From positions 58,840,001-58,904,000 of the forward strand of contig NC_058382.1 of NCBI RefSeq assembly GCF_018350175.1: a stretch of 64,000 nt of DNA. Direction: 5' to 3'. The stretch's first letter is position 1. Each line of letters opens with the position of its first letter. The DNA is from Felis catus. Its lineage: Eukaryota. The translations under genes were made by a program, and so were the position numbers. The notes beneath the pieces are model-generated. The model worked only from the letters and a program-made list of their open reading frames with translations. It was not told the origin of the DNA and searched no databases. Below are positions 59,832-64,000 of this stretch, in pieces.

Positions 59832-62594
59832 TCTAGACTGAAGTTTGCTCTGCTCAGAATGTGAGTCCCAGCTTCCAGCACTCACCGGATGTGCCTCTGA
59901 ACGCGTCATTCAGCCTCTCTGAAGCTGCTCTACCTTCTCTGAAACATTTTAGGTTTAACAGGCGATGCTGTCTCCGTCCCAACGGCTCACCTCCGCTGCC
60001 GTGGAGCAGCAAGGACCCCCTCTGTCACCCCCCCGGAGGAAAGGAGGCAAAGCTCGCGAATGCATGTGGACGGAGGTGCAGCCCTGGGGTCAGACTCGGA
60101 TGTTGCCAGAGCAACCCTGACCCGCGCCTCCTCGCTGGGGCCTTGGGCTGTTTGGGCTGCCGGAGCCTCAGGTCTCCACTTGTGGGACAGGAATAAGTGT
60201 GGGCCACCCAGTTACGAGAGCACGGGTGTGAGTTCTCTAAAGCTGCACATTCAGGGTCCGAGCGGACATCCCGTTTGTGGCAGCTGGCTACGCGGCCGGA
60301 AACCCCACGCGAGGGTGCGGCAGCCGCCTCGCTGAGTGGGGGCCTGGGGGTCTGCGTTCGAGGCAGCCCCTCGGGGCAGATCTAGAATCCTCTGAGCACT
60401 CAGCCTCCCAGTGTCCTACTTCCTCAGTTCTAAGATGCACAGCGATCACGTTTCCACATTCCCGAGACTTTCAGTCCACACTGACACTTGCTGAGGCGGC
60501 CACCGAAGAAAGGTGGATCTCGTGGCCGGTGGTATTCAGGGACGGAGGCGTGAGGATACAGAGACACGTCGCCCCCAAATCCGCTCGGGGAGGCCTCCCT
60601 CCGGGCAGCCTCGGGCAGCGGCCGGCTGGAGGGGGACGGGGCCCTGAGGCCCTCGGAGCCGGAGTTGGGGAGCAGGGCTCGCACACCAGACACCCACTTC
60701 CTCCGCGGGTCGGGCGCTTCCTAGCTCTCAGCGCAGAGGCCGGCCCCTCCCGCGATAAGGAAAACAGGGTGCCAGCCCCCGCGTGCAGAATGTGACATTC
60801 TTTCCAAACAAGCCAGTTGTTTTACAGGCTTGCCTTGGAGGACTTCAAAAACATACAGGGGCCAAAATCAAAGGCTTCCTGTTATAAATTCATTTCTGCA
60901 CCTCAGGTACTCGGTGGGTGGGGGAGGGAAAAAAATGAGATTCAATGAAAAGTGGTTGAAAATGCTCTAAAAATACCCTGCTTGGGGAGGAGAATGGCCC
61001 GGCCTGTCTCCACAGCGGGCGGACAACCGCTTCAGGTTTGCCCGCGGCTTTTGAAGGCATTTCACGCGCTCAGAAGTTAAGGTATCTGTTGTTCTAAACC
61101 CTTTGGTGTCTTAAAAAAAATTTTTTTTTTTTTTAATTTCCAAGACTTGAAAAAAATATTAAGATGCAGAACGGATCTTTGCAGCCGGACCTCCTCGCCG
61201 TCAAGACGAGAAAACGCGGGCCAGACGCCAAGGGGCTGGCCGCGGTCGCAGGCTGGTTCCAGACAGGACGGGGCGAGCCCTCGGTGCTCCTGGAAGGTTC
61301 CAGGAGGTGAAACTGGACCCGTGGACACCACAGGACAGACTTCTCTTGCTCTTAAAGTAAAAATCCTGATCACAGAAGCGATGTGTGTTTATGTGAGAAA
61401 ATCCAGAACATTCCTAAAACCCAAAGAGGACACTTGAGGTGGCCTGTGACCTGACACCCACAGACTGCCCCTATCGGGTTGTTTCCACTAGTAGTGGCCC
61501 GTCCACCCAGTGCCCAGCCCGGATCCCGGCTCTCTCCGAACCGCCCCTGGGCGCCCACGAGGGAGGCTGGGAGAGGGGAACAGGCCTTTCCAGCCTCGAC
61601 AGCAGAGGCCGGCATGCGGGACAGGCATGGGGCAGTGACAGTGCTGCGGGCTTTTGGCGAGGATGGCGGTGGGATGAGAGCCGGCTTCGGAGAGACCCCC
61701 AAACCGTGACGGTGGGGCCCCATCCTGGGGTGCCCCTCCCCTGCTTGTGTTCTGCTGACACCTTGCAGGCTCAGCTCTAGCCAAGCTCCCAGACTGGGTG
61801 CAGGTGCCTTGTCTTTCCCAGGCCCGAGGGCCACGTCCACAGGAGCACTAGTCACCCTGCCCTGGGCCTGCCCCCCCCCGCCCCCCCACCTTCGCCAACA
61901 CTGGCTATCCTTGTCGACGTTTTCATTGTCCATCCTGGCACGCGTGTGGTGTCACGGCTTTGCCGACGGAGTCTGCCCGGCCCCACTTCGGGGAAGCGTC
62001 GGTCTGGGCCTACCCCGTATTTGGCTCGCGGTGACACAGACCCGGGACAACATCAGGTCGTGCTCCGGTTCGCAGCGCGAATATTTTACATCACTCTCTT
62101 GCTGTTCACACGCTTGGCTCAGGAGCTGAGACTGTGCTCCGAGGACCGTAAAGCAGAGTGTATACAATCGCAAGGAAGATCACATCCGCGACCGTCTTTT
62201 CGCTGCCACTCCCAGGCCCTGAGCCCGTGCCCGACAACCTGACCCGAGATCCAGGTGAAACCTGAACGTTGCCGACAACCCTCCCGTCTGCAGAGGGCCA
62301 GATGTCTGGCCTCAGGTGTCCCAACATCTGTGTGCCGGGCTGGAGGTCTTGCTCGTCAGTCTCAGGTTTCGTGTCACGGACACAGGAGCTCCGGGGAGGA
62401 CACGCCACACCTCACACGTGCTCCGCGAACGGCCGTCCCCGCAGCGGCGCGCCTCCCTGGGTCATCGGACCCCGACGGGAGCAGAGAACACAGCAGGCAG
62501 GGGCGAGGCTGGGCGGGTGGGAACTTGTACGCGCTTTCACAACCTCCTGCTCGTCGTCTGGGGACCGTGCACGATTCGGGCAGTAAAGCAACGG

Positions 62595-62810
62595 TCTCAC
62601 ACACGATCGGGGTAAGTAACGTACAGATGTCCAGCGTGGGGAACAGAGTCGACAGCATCGTGTTAACTTCGCAGGTGACCCACGGTGACTGGGCTTCCGT
62701 GGTGACCGTTTCCCAGCGTGTGCAAACGTCAAAGCGCTGCGTCGGGCTCCCGCAGCTGATAGGGTGCTGGTCAACGGTACCTTAACACATTTTTACAAAT
62801 AAAAGAAATA
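62595..62810 (+). mobile_element. Carnivore-type L1 3' terminus, heavily GC-substituted
   Basis: GGGGAACAGAGTCGACAGCATCGTGTTAACTTCGCAGGTGAC...CGTGGTGACCGTTT...GTCAACGGTACCTTAA followed by an A-rich tail. Confidence 0.65.
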
Positions 62811-64000
62811 ACAGACGAGCGGGGTCTGTCCACGGCCAGACGCGCAGGCAGCACATACATATGGTTTCAAAATACAGTCGGAGCCGCGGCGAATAAATGG
62901 AATTTTGGAATGATTTGCTTTACAGTTCCCTTAAGTAACATTATCTTGTTAAAGACATTAACCTCGGGCCTTTGCTGTTATATATTTGCTTTTATTGTTT
63001 TCATCCTGGGAGCAACCTGTAGGAGAGACACTCGTCAGGGAAAGAGGGGTCAAGGGTCGTGAAAACATTGATTTTCAAGGTGGCTGAATGGCCGTCTGGG
63101 GAACGCTCACCAATTATGGAAAACAGACATCAATTTTCAGAACCTCTTTTACAATCTGAAAAAAAAAATTTTACGAAATCTCAAACATTAATAACTATTT
63201 CATTGTTTGTCTGGCCTGAGGGAGGCTTGAGGAAATGCCTCTCCACTTTTCTTGGGAGAAAAGGCGACAGGCAGGCATTCGGCCCCAGGGGCCGAGGCTG
63301 CCCCCCCACCCCCACCCAACAGCGCGGTCGCATCTGGGGGCTGAGCCGCAGAGCTGCCCACACCCCCCCAGCCCCCCCCCCACCCCGTGCCCTGGGCAAA
63401 GGTGCAGCCCCAGTGCCAAGACTTGCAAAACACATCTCCGGTTCCTTGTGCGGGTTTGTTGGGTGGCCCTCCCGACAGAGCAGGGGTTGGGGTTCCAGCT
63501 GACCCCTGTTCGGAACCACCAGACCCCCGTGTCCTCATCTGTGAGGCGGGGTATTCGGTGAGACCGCCTCGCCTGGCAGATGCCGGATGGCAGGACGAAG
63601 GGGCCGTCCGCCACTGAAGTCATCATCACCTGCGGCCGGCTTGCGGCCGCGCCTCTGTTCTGGGCCCCATCCTTTCCCTTCTCGACCTCGGACCAAACGC
63701 TGGCACAGGGACCATCTGTGAGCACCTGGGGTCCAGGCATCGGGAGATCAGTTCCCTCCCGGCGACACAGCCCTGCAAAGAGCTGAGAGGTGAGAGCCCT
63801 GGGCGGGGTGGGAGGGTGCAAGGCAGAAGTAGAATCGGACCACGAGTCTGTCCCAAATCCCCCAAATCCAGGGTCCCTTCACTGCCCCTCGCTGCCCTCC
63901 ACTCACCTATTCCAGTGAGCTACTGGCTCTTGGAAAACCCCCTCTATCTGGGGCCCAAGTTGTCAGCAAGCCTCCGGGGGTCCCTGGATGAGAAGCCCAG

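Noticed and set aside
1..64000. Assignment to a named host gene or locus
   Set aside because: No exon was recognised. Identifying the locus needs a BLAT or liftover of the unique AT-rich blocks.

Overview
GC- and CpG-rich mammalian non-coding DNA, almost certainly from a felid: it carries eight tRNA-derived Can-SINEs of the feline SINEC_Fc/Fc2 type and carnivore-type L1 3' ends. I found no credible protein-coding exon, RNA gene, CRISPR array or prokaryotic system. The six-frame ORFs are explained by high GC, tandem repeats and decayed L1 ORF2. The window is an intergenic or intronic mosaic of L1 fragments, MaLR (MLT1) LTRs including one LTR-plus-internal remnant, hAT MITEs (MER58, MER20, MER5), two minisatellites, microsatellites and several AT-rich, motif-dense candidate enhancers. 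Structures worth follow-up are: an unexplained 42-bp inverted repeat bracketing about 1.2 kb (46879-48164), a twin-primed 5'-inverted L1, a SINE with an apparent 3' transduction inside its target-site duplication (TSD), two SINEs reusing one target site, and pervasive AT-to-GC drift in old repeats. Repeat family calls rest on my recollection of consensus sequences, not a database search, and boundaries of old repeats are approximate. I cannot support a claim of a new biological system here.
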